DNA from: Anthoceros angustus
Lineage: Eukaryota > Plantae > Anthocerotophyta
Direction of reading: 5' to 3'
DNA: 64,000 nt
Assembly (NCBI GenBank): GCA_010909165.1
Contig: VJWM01000011.1
Location: 992,001-1,056,000, forward strand
Below the pieces are notes generated by a model. It was given only the letters and a program-made list of their open reading frames with translations, had not been told where the DNA came from and ran no database searches. Both the position numbers and the translations under genes were made by a program. Position 1 is the stretch's first letter. Each line of letters begins with the position of its first letter. Positions 51,754 to 64,000 of the stretch are shown piece after piece.

Positions 51754-51886
51754 GACTGCGAGCGGCAGGCAATATCTTGTCTGCAGGCGAGCTGAGACTT
51801 ACACTGCGGGGGTGTGAAGTGGGGGTGTGAAGTTACAGAGGCGGTAATTCGTACAATGTTGACTGACCATCAATCCTCTTTGATCT

Positions 51887-53961
51887 TTAGTTCTGCCCGA
51901 GAGTGGACAGTGCTGCAGCGCTGCAGAACAATCCCACAGCTAACACCGCCACAGGCATTAGGACATTTTTTGTCATCTCAAACATCCCTGTTGTGTTGGC
52001 GTTTCTGTAAGAAAGACTGTACTGTATGTTGTATATATCCTGCGGGGCCTGCCAATGGTCTTTTTTGGTGGCCAGGAGTTCACCTGGACCTTCTTCCAAT
52101 GTAGTGCTCTTTGCTTCTCTTTGGCAATTCGCCCTATAGCAAGTTAAAGACAGAGCGTCATCGTTTGCGGAAGCGGGTCAGAATGGGAGAAACAGCAGGC
52201 AGCAGGTGTATTATGTAAACAGCGCACCTCCCGTAAAACAGGAGCAGATGGTTTACGATGGGAATGAAGTACGAGACCATGCAAACGCCGGTAGCTCCAG
52301 TAGCAGTGAGCACCCTGGCTGAGCTGTTGGGAAATGCTTCAGCAAAGCCCAAGCTGGTTACTAGGAGAAGAACTGTTACGAAAACGGACTTGGCAACCTT
52401 ATGCCGCTCTTTGTCGCCAGGAAGCCAGCCTAGAACGGTGTGTCTCAATGGGAAAAACCCTAGGGGACATGAGACCGCTAGATACACTGCAGCATAAAAT
52501 TGGTCAGAAACGAAGCAACGAAGCACAGAGTCCAAGTTCAAACAGGCCTCACCCATCATGGAAAGATTAAGAGCTCCTTGGGCTATTCCGCCGCCTAGCC
52601 AGGCATTCTGCAAAATGTTGCTCTCCGTTTCAGAGCCGTATCTTGCGGCTCCAAAAAAACCCACAGCGAAGTAGATGAGGAATGCATTCACTACAATGGG
52701 TGCAGAAGTGTAGCAGCGATCAGGAGCGTCATTTCAAGCACATTAGGTGGAGCCACTTTCTCTTCATCGGGAACATCAAGGCGTACCTAGCACAACAACT
52801 CGATTGCCCCACGAGATGATCTTGGCTCCCACCTTTCCAGGTGTCATCTCCAATATGAGAGGCATGAAGATGGGCTGAATGTAGAAGGCCAGCCCAAAGA
52901 TGGACACAGCCTGGGTGATGCTGCCTGCAGGAACACTGATGGTCAGAAAGAAGCGAGCGCAGCCACATACTTGACAACAGACAGCCGTCACGTACCCAGA
53001 CTGGTGAATCCCATCTTGCTGAACTCGTGATTTCTGATTGCTGGGAAGTTGGTCCGGGAGGCATCGATAACCGTGGTGGTGGCAAGCCAAAGCACAATGC
53101 ACGTACCCACTACCCCCGCATACTCCATCTGCATATGCACCACATGCCAAGGTTCAGAAACGTGGATCCAAATCCCGATCCTTGCCAATCAAGATGCCAA
53201 GCATGATGCCCACGACACCACACCTGGCGGATATGTGGCAAGAAGCAGAGAGGAGCAATTAAGAAGACCGTCCCGAGTGCCATAACAGCTCGCCCACTTC
53301 CATTCACAAGCCATCCAGGTGTGTTGGGCCAGATGCTGAGCAGGCCAATGGCTCCTATTTCGCCAACCTGTTGCACTCCCCCCACCATACCCCCGAACAT
53401 CAACAGGAAGATGCTCACCTCCGTGACGAGCTGCAGACAGGTCCAAGCAAGAGCCATCTTCCTGGCATCAGACTGCAAGCACACGTGTTGTACTGTCCAT
53501 CCAACGTACTGACAGGCAGTCACCTTCCATCTCCACCCTCCTATCCTGAAGGCCAAGGTCTCGTAGTCTGTAGCACCAACTTTGTACGTCTGTCTGAGAA
53601 GAAGATCGCTAGTATAGGCATTTGCCAGAGCCACCACCACCATGATTATCACGCCAACCAGAATTCCCGTCTCACTGAAAGCCCACGACACGGGCAGCAC
53701 AGCTCTGCACCATGTCATGTCAGCATTCACCCACTCAGTCCCACAGCTTAACCAAACGTGGAGATGGATATACATTCCAGCCTCCAAGGACCAGATTAGT
53801 GCTACTACCCACCCGCCCATGATTCCAATCGTGAGAGTTGCAATCACGCTGAAGAATCCTCGTTGATGCTCGCTCTCCTTCAATGTCTGTCTGAAAGACA
53901 CCTTGAGCAATGTCGGATCGGCCATCTCTGTGGCAGGCATTCTGCCTGCTTCCCCATCCAT
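51887..53961 (-). CDS. Amino-acid transporter (Aa_trans/AAAP, AVT/SLC38-like), multi-exon; start codon uncertain
   Basis: VLPVSWAFSETGILVG, DYETLAFRIGG, IAPLCFLP, VSIFGLAFYIQP, GFFGAARYGSETESNIL, PLGFFPLR and ATGATG...YFIP; many hydrophobic helices. Confidence 0.85.
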
Positions 53962-55834
53962 CCCACTGGCACGGGCTGTTGCTCCCAACGCTATGATTTT
54001 GTGGGACAGTAATAGAACTCTCCTGTCTGCTCACAATGTCACCATGCTCCCCGCGATTATAACAAGAGCATGCATGTCGGAATTGCGCGGGCTACCTTTT
54101 TCATCGTATATGCTCGTCGTTACGTGTGGTCCTTGTGTCCGCCCGCTTCTCTTCACGAGTTCGAGATGTTCATGTCTCGACAAACTTTATCGACCTACAC
54201 TCCACCAAGTCCCAACCGATGTACTCTATTCAATCCTAGCGTGTTTGACTAGACTAATTTACAACTTTTTTGAACCTCTCATACAAAAAGGAAGATCTCG
54301 GAAATCTTAGTGCAGTTAATTCGCCATCTCTATCAATTTCATCATCTCTTTCAATTCCACAACGTGGAGATGGAAGGTGAAAGGGAAGAGTTAATGGCTT
54401 ACAAACAACAAAGAAAGAGGAGGATGTGCTACCTAAGGTCGCCGTTCTATGATGATCGCTCTGGGAAGGGCCCATCTTAAATAATATAAATTACTTATCT
54501 TATAAATAATAAACTTGATATTTTACAGTTATTTCATCTTCAATAAGTCCCAAGGTCATTGAGTGACACACACTCTCAAGCGTTATTCTCATATTATAAA
54601 GCTTAGGATACAAGCACTTGTGCAGCATTTCACCATGATCCCTGGAATGCACTTTATAAATGCTCTTTATCTTAGGTCCTCTATCTTATTCCATTCTTCG
54701 ATCTCTCCCAAGCTGTTATAATACATTGAGTTTCTTGCACTTCTATCTCTTAACTAAGTGTTTCATTTGCATATATCTATGACCAGAAAGGATGTTAGGA
54801 GCCATACAAAAAGCTACAAATTCAAACCTCGCAAGTGTATATCAATTCTCATCCAATCGTGCTGGGTGTACTTCAAAAAAAAGCGAATAAGAATTCAGCT
54901 ACTTTTTCGAGAACAAAATCGTATTCCTTTTATTGCCCGAAATAACGCATTTCGTTGCACCGGACTCGTCTCCTTTGTGGGGCGCTGTTCCCCTTCTCTG
55001 GAGACGCTTTTCGGTGTGAGCAAGACGTACGAGACTTTGGTGCATAAAGATCCCGGTTGCGGAGGGGAGCTTCTTTGCCACCGCATCGAGAGGACGGCTG
55101 GGGGCCTGGAGGCCGTCATTCTCTGGGTTTACGCAAGATCGAAGTGATTTGGGAGAGCTCCTCGACTGGTGGCGAGGGAACTTGCAGCCATGAGTCGGTC
55201 ACACATGCAACACTTCACCAACTGTCGTTAAACGCTTGGATTGTCTCAGAACCGGAGACCGGAATCCCTATGCTGACGTCATGTGGAACCCTTGCTTCAA
55301 GCAGGCTAGCTGACGGGCGACGGGGTGACCGAGGCTGAACGACTCCTGCCCGGTTTGCTCACCCATCGGTTTCCATGGGCCTGACAGGTAGGTGTGTCCT
55401 GGAAGAGGAGGTGGTGCTTTAATCGTGCATGTACAACACATGGCTTGCTCCCCTTTCCCAGACACAAGCACGACGGAAAGCGACAAAGACGAATGGAAGT
55501 TGCTCAAGTAGTCTTTCGAAATGATACACAGAGGGCAAGGTGTTAGGTAACACAAAATTGTTTTCCCATGTGCCTCCCTCCAGACTAGTATTCAATTGGT
55601 CAATGCCTACAATGACTAGTAGGTACTGCAATGAGAGTATGTGAGAATTTGTTAGATCACAACTGTACACAGTTGGCCATCTAGGAATCATGCACTTCTG
55701 GTAAGCACCTGCTTTTAGGAGCCTTGTCAGTCGCCGATTTTCAGTGTATCCATGTCTCGGGCCATGTCAGAATACAAACGTTCAATGACACATATTGAAC
55801 TTGGGTCCAGCACTGGCCCCAACCTTGGAGGAGC

Positions 55835-58184
55835 CTAGCTCGCAGTGGAGCCCTCGGGGAGGCCCCTCCGCTTTGCATAGTACTCACTCAGCTCAGTTTT
55901 ATACCTTTCCAGTGCTGTTGCAGCTTTGTTTAGCCACTTTTGCTTCTCCTCGTCGACCAGCTCCTGCAAGACAGTAAGTTGCGATCAGTGTCAGAGTGCA
56001 GGTCTGGGAGACGGGTGTCTGGAAGTTCAATCTTTGTCAGGCAACAGTGGCACAGGCCTGACTCACCCTCCACTTTGTGGAGACAATAGTGTTTATGTCC
56101 ACGAAGGTGAGCGCTGGGTTCTCCTTCAAGGCTGCCTGCCTGACCTCGTGCCTGTGACAACACACACACATGTGAGTTTTCAACCCATGTCTTCGAGCGT
56201 CAGGAAAATTTGAAAATGATCTCATACCCAAATAATAAATAGGCGGTCGGCGGCTTCTTGGGTTTGTCAGGCTCGTCGTCAACTTTTTGTCTCTTCCTCT
56301 GTGAGGATCGCTCCTCTTTCAGAAGCTGCTGCATGCCAGAAAAGTACCACACACTGGTAAGCTTGTCGCATAATTTTCATTAAAGCCCTTGACTATATCT
56401 TCCAACGGACCAACCTTTGTCATAATGTTACGATCCTTTTGTTTGAGCAGCTTTGTGGTCTGCATGGCGTACTCCTTCTTTTCCTGCATCTGTTTCTCAA
56501 GAATGGCCGCTTCCTGGTCACAACCAACACGTTAGGAATAGCCTTTACGGTCACAGTAGACCCCGAAGCAGTTGAAACAAGAGGCCTACCTCTGCTTTCC
56601 TTTTCTTGTAAGCTTCCAGCTCAGTTGCATATCTAATTTTGTCTTGGGCAGCAATCTGAAACAAGATTTTAAAGAAGAGTCAATGAAACGCATTCACAAC
56701 GCTCACCTAACTCCACATAGCCACAACAGAATACCTTTTCATACTGACACCTAGCTTCCTCATCCATATTCTTCCACTCATCCCCGAGTATTCTACCAAT
56801 CTAGAGTCACAAGAGGTTATCAAATGTCAGAACCAAAACTTGAAGTGAAAATCACAGGGAAGATTATCATCACGTGGCCTTGGTACGAAGGCTGTTACCT
56901 CAGGGACGCTGATCTTTTCAGCAAGAAGTGCAGGTCTCCTCACATTTCCGAAAGCAAAAAACGCAGTAATCTGATGCTTTGGCTTGTCTGGATCCTTTCC
57001 CTTTCTGCAAAGAGACAATCCAGTTCCTCAAGTACCCAAGAGTGAAAAACATCACCAACCTATGGCTTCTCATCCCAGCGTTCAAACACACTGGGACATA
57101 TCCTGGAAAAAAGGTGCTCTCACCTTCTCGATCGGGTCTCCGTCTTCTTTGTAACCCTAGCTTCCTGTACAGCTCCCTGCAAGCCCTGCTGAATGGCACG
57201 TTACACAAATAAGACTCGTTATCCTCGATGCCCAACCAAGAAACGAACACCCTGGACGATAGAAATACAACACCTCAAAATGTCATGAGAAGATAGAGCT
57301 GACCTTCAAATAGACGTCCTTGTCGACGTGATACCTAGCCTCGTACGTTTTCCGCTCTTCCTCAGATACATTCTTCCATTTATCACCAAGAAGGACATTC
57401 ATCTCCTTAAATGAAGCATCTGGGTGATCCTTCTTCACCTGCAAAATCAGGCACTACGGTTAGACTGGCTTCCACAAACTCAATTGCTCAGACCTAGCCT
57501 CTACAAAGTACTGCAAATGCTCACCAAACTTCTACAACAGCAGACAACTACCGTGAACCACAGAAAGCCATCTTACTTGGGCACGTTGCTCTTTCGAAAA
57601 CATCAGAAATGGTGGAAGTGGCTTTCTCACCTGTCCCGTACCACCCTTCAGAGGGTCAGCTGCATCTGCAACAGTTGCCTGTGCCCCACCAAAAGGTCAG
57701 GGCAACCATTGCACACTACATTCCTATGCTATGCACATCTACAATCCACATCAGATCTTCTGTGAGAAGAAATCTTGGTACAAACCTCATTGGACTCACT
57801 ACTAGCATCCTCTGTATCTTCAGAGCCTGGGGATTCGACAACATCAGGACCTTCCTGTGCATTCCCATCTTCCTTCGGGATTTCCTTAGCATCTTCCATC
57901 ACATGATCCTTGTCCGTTTCCAACTCTTCACGCTGCTCTGGCCCACTCTTAGCTTCCTCCCCTCTTGTTTCTTCCATGGCATCAGCATCCGAGCCGAGCA
58001 TTGCTGCAAGTGTGGACGCATCTTCCTTGAGCACATCTGGACTGTCCTTCTCACCCGACGTCTCATCCTGATCGGGCAGCAAAGGCATGACTTCGCTCAT
58101 GATTTGTTTGATGAAGCCATTCATAACGATAGCATCTTCAGAAGTGCCATTTGCGCTCACATCGTGAACCTCCTCAAAACCCAT
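55835..58184 (-). CDS. 3xHMG-box family protein with three HMG boxes and an acidic N-terminus; start codon inferred
   Basis: Box A RKPLPPFLMFSKEQRAQ|VKKDHPDASFKEMNVLLGDKWK; box B KDPDKPKHQITAFFAF...|IGRILGDEWKN...|IAAQDKIRYATELEAYKK; box C PDKPKKPPTAYLLFG|HEVR...VSTKWR|ELVDEEKQKW...TAS*. Same order as Arabidopsis 3xHMG-box proteins. Confidence 0.88.
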
Positions 58185-60269
58185 CCACTCCAGACGTCCT
58201 CTTAAACAGGTACTCGATTGTGTTTCATGCCCAAATCCACGAAAACTCTGCTCAACGAGGTTCACTCAGTCTCTCCACTGCTGCCCTAACCTGCCAGAGG
58301 AACAAATTGCTGCACATCAGCCTGCGGCAGCCAGACCTGTAGAAAGAAGTCCAACAGGAGCGTCAGTAGACCGTTCTTGTCACATCCAACGACACAAGAC
58401 TGAACCTTATCTGAACCCCTTGCGGCATCAACCTTACATCAGACTAAACCCCGGCACACATACAAGAGAAACATCAAGACACACGAGTCCCCACTCTCGA
58501 GGCAAAGAATGTGACAATGGAGCCCCATGACAAGAACATACACAAACCGCGACACACCCACTCTTCCTCGCAAGCATCAGGCAACCCCACACCAACGACC
58601 TGCTCAGAAGTGTTGACAATTGGGGTATACAATAGGGGGACCCGTCAAAAGAGCCAAGCCCAACCTCACAATTCCAAACGCATGCCTTCCCAGCCTTCAT
58701 CGCCAGCGGACAGCAACTGTCTACGCGCTCAACCTAAGCCCTCTCGACGAGGGGCAGATTCTCCACATAGCACTCTCACTTTCTGCCCAGACCCGATCGT
58801 CAAGAAGCGAAACATTCTTCCCCGGAGCAGGATGACAGCTCCCGCAAGGACAGGCTTTACACACCAAAAATTCCCGAAATTTTCGAACAAGCAGCGAATT
58901 GGGTGTTGGGTGCCTGTAGCAAGCCAAAAAGGTGGGCTCAGAGCCAGCTTGTGTCGGGCGCCGAGTCGTCCCGCAACGCACGCGACTGCCACTACGACTG
59001 CGACTGCAAGCAAACCACGAGCAACACCCAAGATGGCACCCACCAAGACCCCGCGTGCAGGCAAATCAAGCAACGATCCGTAAGCCCAAATTCCAGCCTC
59101 TCGATCTGTCAGCAACGCACAGGAAGGAACCCACAATCCCGACTCCCCCACAATTGGCACGCTCCACGAGACCCAACACCGCGCCGACCCATTCCACCCT
59201 GAGCTGGGAGCCGGCGATCAGCCGCGCCTCGCTGCAGCAACCCCACAACAGCAAGCAAGCGCAGGCCATTGGCAACGGGGAAGCAGAGCCGTACCTGCAA
59301 CACGCCAGGCCGCTCCGGCTCCGGCTCCGGCTCCTGCTCCTGCTCCAGCGCCGGCCGGTCTGGGCTGAGCGGGCGGGCGGGAATGGGGCCAGGGCTGCCC
59401 AAGGAGCAGATCAAGCCGGCCGGCGGGAGCCGGCAGACGGATCCGCTGGGGAGCAGCCCGCAGCAGCAGGAGTTGAGATGGCGATGGCAGGCCCAGCAGA
59501 GGAAGCAGAGCCGAGCCAGGAGAGCAGACGCCAAGGCAAAGGCGAAAGCGAGGAGAGAGGCAGGGCTTGAGACGAGAGCAGGCCGGGTTGAGACGAGAGG
59601 AGACGAGACAAGCCGAGCCGAGACGCGACGAGGGGAATAGAATGGAATGGGGAGCAGGCCAGGGCAGGGACGGATGAGATGAGGGAGGGCGGCCTACCTC
59701 GCCTTTCTTTTCTTTCTTCCACGTGAGTGGAGTTGCACGGTCGGCCCGCCGTGGCCGGCCTTGCCACCCGCGCCCTTCTCCTGCCTCCTTCGTCTCTTTA
59801 GCCGCCGTCAGACTCTCCACACTCCTCCCTCCAATACCTTTACCTCTACCTTATTTTCTTGCCCATTTTTCAAACTCTTTCTAAAACCGGTGCCGATTTA
59901 ACCTTTCCACCTTTCAACGGTCTCGCGGACGTGAAGCTAGGTAGGTAGGTAGGTGGTAAATTTAACACCTCCGGGTTTTCGATGCATTTCATATTAGGTA
60001 GATTCCTATTCAATCCAGCTTCTATATCATCGAATTTATTTCCCATTTTTGTAAGATGGAATCCACCCATCTTCCATATTATCCGTTTTCTTCAAACGTT
60101 GTTCCGCATTCATAATCTACTCCAAACTAATATCTATGTTAATATCTATGTCCATAAATAATCTCTTTCCCATTTACACGCTCTGCAAATCATCTTCTCT
60201 GCGAATTGCAAATCATTATCTCGCAACTCGTTCTTCCCTCCTACACACACAAGTCCGATTATCTAGAAA

Positions 60270-60615
60270 TCCACAAACAACAACAATTCGTCCAGGCTTG
60301 CGCCAAGGCTTATCATAGCCGCAGGAATGGAGTTGGCCTCCCCCTTTCTTGTATTGTTGCTTTCTTCTGGCAGAGGGTTTCCATCGCTCTGCAGAGCGCG
60401 TTGGCTAACACAGGAGATGCAGCTTCTTCGACACCGGTGGTAAGTATGCCTTTTCACATCCCTGACCACGAAGTTCTTCGGGCAGTTGGTAGTTTTGAAA
60501 TACATGATCATGGGGGCTAGTCCCCTTGGCTTGGTGCCCTCGTTGGGTTTTTCCCCTTTTGTTTTTGGGGTGGATGGGTTTTTCCCATCTCTTTTCTATA
60601 ATGAAGTCTTCTTTC
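60270..60615 (+). mobile_element. 5'-truncated 3' end of the CRE-like LINE
   Basis: YHSRRNGVGLPLSCIVAFFWQRVSIALQSALAN matches HSRRNGVGLSLFSVVAFFRHQVSIALQRVLAN at about 35860-35960, followed by the same GGGGTGGATGGGTTTT 3' UTR core. Confidence 0.8.
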
Positions 60616-60932
60616 CCCCAAACAACAACAAAAAGACACGTAAATAAATATTATAAATCAACATAATATACATTAAAAATAAATATAAATCATCTAAGAC
60701 ACACTCAAAATCACTTTAACAAGCTATAAGAAATTTTACAAGTCAAAAATTATAATATTAAACTTCAAAAATATATGCCAAGTGGAAAGGCTTTGGGGGA
60801 CGTAAATCTCACAGCCGGCAAATGGCCAATAGACGGAGGAGGGAGGCCCGTCGTGGTGTAATTTAGACGGCGTGGGTAGGACGCGGGGCCCGGTCGCGCC
60901 ACGTGGCGTAGGTGCTGGTGGCCCGGCCCGCC

Positions 60933-61068
60933 GGGTAGCGGGTAGCGGGAAGCGGGCAGCGGGCAGCGGGAAGCGCGCAGCGGGCAGCGGGAAGCGGGAA
61001 GCGGGAAGCGGGCAGCGGGCAGCGGGCAGCGGGCAGCGGGCAGCGGGCAGCGGGCAGCGGGCAGCGGG
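60933..61068 (+). repeat. (GGGCAGC/GGGAAGC)n heptamer array, about 19 units
   Basis: Read directly. Palindromic G-box GCCACGTGGC at 60898 and a (CCGAAC/CCGAGC) hexamer run at about 61255-61292 lie nearby. Confidence 0.95.
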
Positions 61069-62017
61069 CGGAGGCACCGGACGGGTGAGCGTCGGTGACA
61101 TCATTTTACGCTAGTGGTCGCAGGATGGAATTTCGCACAGCGCAGGGTCAACGAAAGATAAAAAAGCCCGCAGTCCGGGCTGATATGAAAGCGGGCCAGT
61201 TTTACGCCCGAAGCGGGCTAAGTTTTCCGGCGCAATCCCGTTTTGGCGTAACTGCCGAACCGGAACCCGAGCCCGAACCCGAGCCCGAACCGCGGTTTGG
61301 CGCGGCAGTTGAACCACACCACTTGTGGTTCACGGCTAACCAGGGGTGGCCCAGGCAGGGGTTAGTGCGTCGGGCCCGGCGTCGAAAAGGGAGCCAATGT
61401 GGGAAAAATGGGCTGGAGTGCCGGGCATCTCCTTCTCGTCTGTGTCTGTGGCTTAGAACGGTGCGAGGTGCGGTGCGGAGACGCGCAGGAAGTGTGGGCA
61501 CGAATGTCTTGTGCTCGCGCCGGGCTTGCGGGCCAGCTTCACGGGCATGACGGCTCTCCACCTGCTTCCACCGTCGCTGTCCCACCCCACGGACATGCGC
61601 ACACGCAAACCGGGATATTCATTCCTGTTTTCCTGGAATAAAACTTGTTTGCCTTAATATTCTCCTGCTCCGGCCTGGCAGCCTGGCCTTCGACCCTTGA
61701 ACGACATTTTGTTCCCCCGATCGTTGGTCAAGTGGCTATGGCACGGCAACCTAGTGGGCAGACACGCGGCTACTCTCAACTAGGTTCACTGTACAATCTT
61801 ACCGGTGCTGCGCTCGACACAGCTCGACCTACGAGGCTTCTCACTGGCTGACTGACTATGGTACAAGGGCCTTTCGGCCCAGAAAGCGGCCTGGACTGGG
61901 CCGGGCGGGGGCCGGCCTGCCTCGGCTTGGCTGCAGTAGAGGGCAGCGATAGCTGTGTTCAACCTCCGGACTTGAACTCTCTTCGCCCTCTGGCCTGCAC
62001 TCCAAGGCCTTGCCTCG

Positions 62018-63935
62018 TTACTGCTTGCCCTTGTACTGGCTCATCTCTTCCTTGTACCTTTCCTGGCCTGCAAGGGCCTTTTCCGCCCACACTTTCTTGC
62101 CAGCGTCGCCCAGGTCCTGCGGAACATATCGCCCGCACTTGTGAGAAACAGAAGCACAGATACAAACCGTCTTGCAGATGAAATACAGGTGTGCCGGACT
62201 TGCCTGCCACAGCTTCGACACGATTGTGGTGATCTCCCCCAGCTTAGCTCCAGGGTTCGCGGTTCTCACTTCCTGCTGCTTCTCCTTCCTGCACCATACG
62301 ACTTTGTTAGCAATCACGACTCGTGACAGGCAGAAGAACCATGAGTAGATGCAGCTCAGCATCTTACGTAAACAGGTTATACGCAGAGGGTGCCCTCTTC
62401 GGCTTGTTAGGGTCCTTCATCTGCACTTTGACTTTTGCTTTCATGGACACTCCGTCTTTTGCACCCTGTGCCACCACAATGTTAAGGTGAGCAAGCAAAC
62501 TCAGAATTAATGATATCCACAAGAACATCAAGCCTACGGCATCAAAGAGAACTTACCTTCTTCCTTAGAGAGGGAGAAGACTCGGCTTCATCTCCTTCCT
62601 CGTCGTCGCTGCCAGGTACCTCAGCCTGATCACGGGAACATTCCACTCAGTCTCAAACAGAAAGGGGGAATCGACTGAGCACACCGAAAATATTCCTTAC
62701 ATCGCCCTTCTTCAGCTTATAGGCTTCAATCTCACTTGCATAACGGAGTTTGTCTTCAGCGGCAATCTGAAAGCACAAGTAGTGCAAAGAGAGAACGGGG
62801 ATCAGAAATTGCGGTTGACTACTCATTCATGCTGCGAAAAATTGATACTGCAGCCCTCATTACCTTCATGTAAGGGCTCTTAGCTTCATCACTGAGATTC
62901 TTCCACTCTTCTCCAAGAACCTTTCCCGTCTGTAAAAGAAGCGAACGTCAAGGGGTAACAAAGGCTGGAATTCCGGCGTAATTGATCCACAGCCGAGACA
63001 AATGCGGCACACTTACTTCAGTGAACGAAAGATTCCGTTCAGAACGGAGAATTGGACGTCTCTCCGCAGAGTAAACAAAGAAAGCAGACAATGCCTTCTT
63101 CGGAGCTTCGGGGTCCTTTGTTTTCCTGGGACAAGAATAAACCTGTAAGATTTGGAACAAAACATAAACACACCATGAGCTCTTGAAGGCGCGCCTGTAC
63201 CTCTTTGGCTTGCTTTCCTCGACTTCAGGCTGCAGGATTAACAACAGACAAGCTGAGTCAAGGGTTTCAAGACTTAAAACAGACAAAAACATCAATAATA
63301 AAAAAAAAGGCCGAGATCCTCACCGGACTTGCCCGAGCTTGGGCCCTCTGCAGCCTCTTCAACTTCACCTCCCTTTTCTCCTGTGCTTCACTTTTCAGCT
63401 GGAGAGCAGCGGCCTGCTGGTCTAGCTTCGCCTGGATAGCCTGAAGCCGGGCTTCGTGCTCGTGCAGCTCGGCCGCCTTCTTGTCCAGGTCCATGCGCTC
63501 CATAGTTTGCGTCACAGCGGCCACGTCCTTGTCGAGGCAGTCTTGCAGCGGCATCTCCTTCTTTTTGGAGGCTCTCTTGGTGGCCTTGACAGCTTCAGGC
63601 TGAGGAGCATCAGCAGCGGGCGCCTCAGGGGCAGGGGCCTCGGTCGGTGGAGCATCTTCAGCCACCGGGGCCTGCGCCGCCTCCACGGCCACAGCCTTGG
63701 GTACCTTGGCAGTCCTTGCAGCCCTCTTAGGCCCGACAGGGACGGCATTCACCAAGTTTTCCTTGTCCACCTCCGGCATCGGGGCCGCCTCCACCACCTT
63801 CGCGCTCCTAGCCTTCTTGGCGTAGACAACAGTCTTCTGTTCAGTCACTTCGTCTGCCGGGAGCTCCGTGGGAACATGCATTTCCACCAATGCGGCTGCG
63901 GGCACGACCGCTCCACGGGCCTTGCGAGGAGGCAT
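62018..63935 (-). CDS. 3xHMG-box-related protein with family-type N-terminal coiled coil but only two HMG boxes
   Basis: MPPRKAR...DKDVAAVTQTMERMDLDKK...QEKREVKLKRLQR resembles the 3xHMG N-domain. Then KDPEAPKKALSAFFVYSAERR|TGKVLGEEWKNL|IAAEDKLRY and KDPNKPKRAPSAYNLF|KEKQQEV...SKLWQ|DLGD...KGKQ*. Confidence 0.88.
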
Positions 63936-64000
63936 TTCGGCAGCTACGAGAAGCGGGGAGGAGAAGCGGAAACCCTACCGCTGCTGCAGTTGGGACTCGG

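Noticed and set aside
59033-59640. Plus-strand MAPTKTPRAGKSSNDP followed by GTAAG, resembling an HMG or histone N-terminus
   Set aside because: No downstream exon gives a recognisable protein; the following frames are low-complexity GC-rich sequence.
60736-61114. ORFs such as PAARCPL and GSGQRAA repeats
   Set aside because: Translation artefacts of the heptamer array.

Overview
Eukaryotic nuclear DNA from a compact land-plant genome with short GT-AG introns. A hornwort or other bryophyte is an inference from gene density, intron size and repeat content, not proven. I rebuilt spliced genes by eye: PLGG1 (-) head-to-head with a cytosolic fructose-bisphosphate aldolase (+), LONELY GUY (-), an At2g38000/SSUH2-like CxxCxGxG protein (-) carrying an internal tandem duplication, two intron-containing class-I-like small HSP genes (-) flanking a truncated CYP71-clan P450 remnant, a secreted alpha/beta-hydrolase-fold protein (+), tRNA-Ala(UGC), an intronless CPSF100 (+), a root-cap/LEA-domain protein (-), a LEA_2/WHy protein (+), an amino-acid transporter (-), and two tandem 3xHMG-box-related genes (-) with complementary domain architectures. 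Intergenic DNA holds decayed transposons (gypsy gag, PIF/Harbinger, CACTA, a solo LINE ORF1, five pieces of an RLE-type CRE-like LINE), satellites and G-rich micro-arrays. The most notable signals are the HMG paralog pair, a twin-priming-like 5' inversion in the RLE LINE, and the intronless CPSF100 beside that LINE. Alignments were made by eye, splice sites are predictions, and some frameshifts or duplications may be long-read assembly errors. No prokaryotic-type system (CRISPR, defence) is supported.
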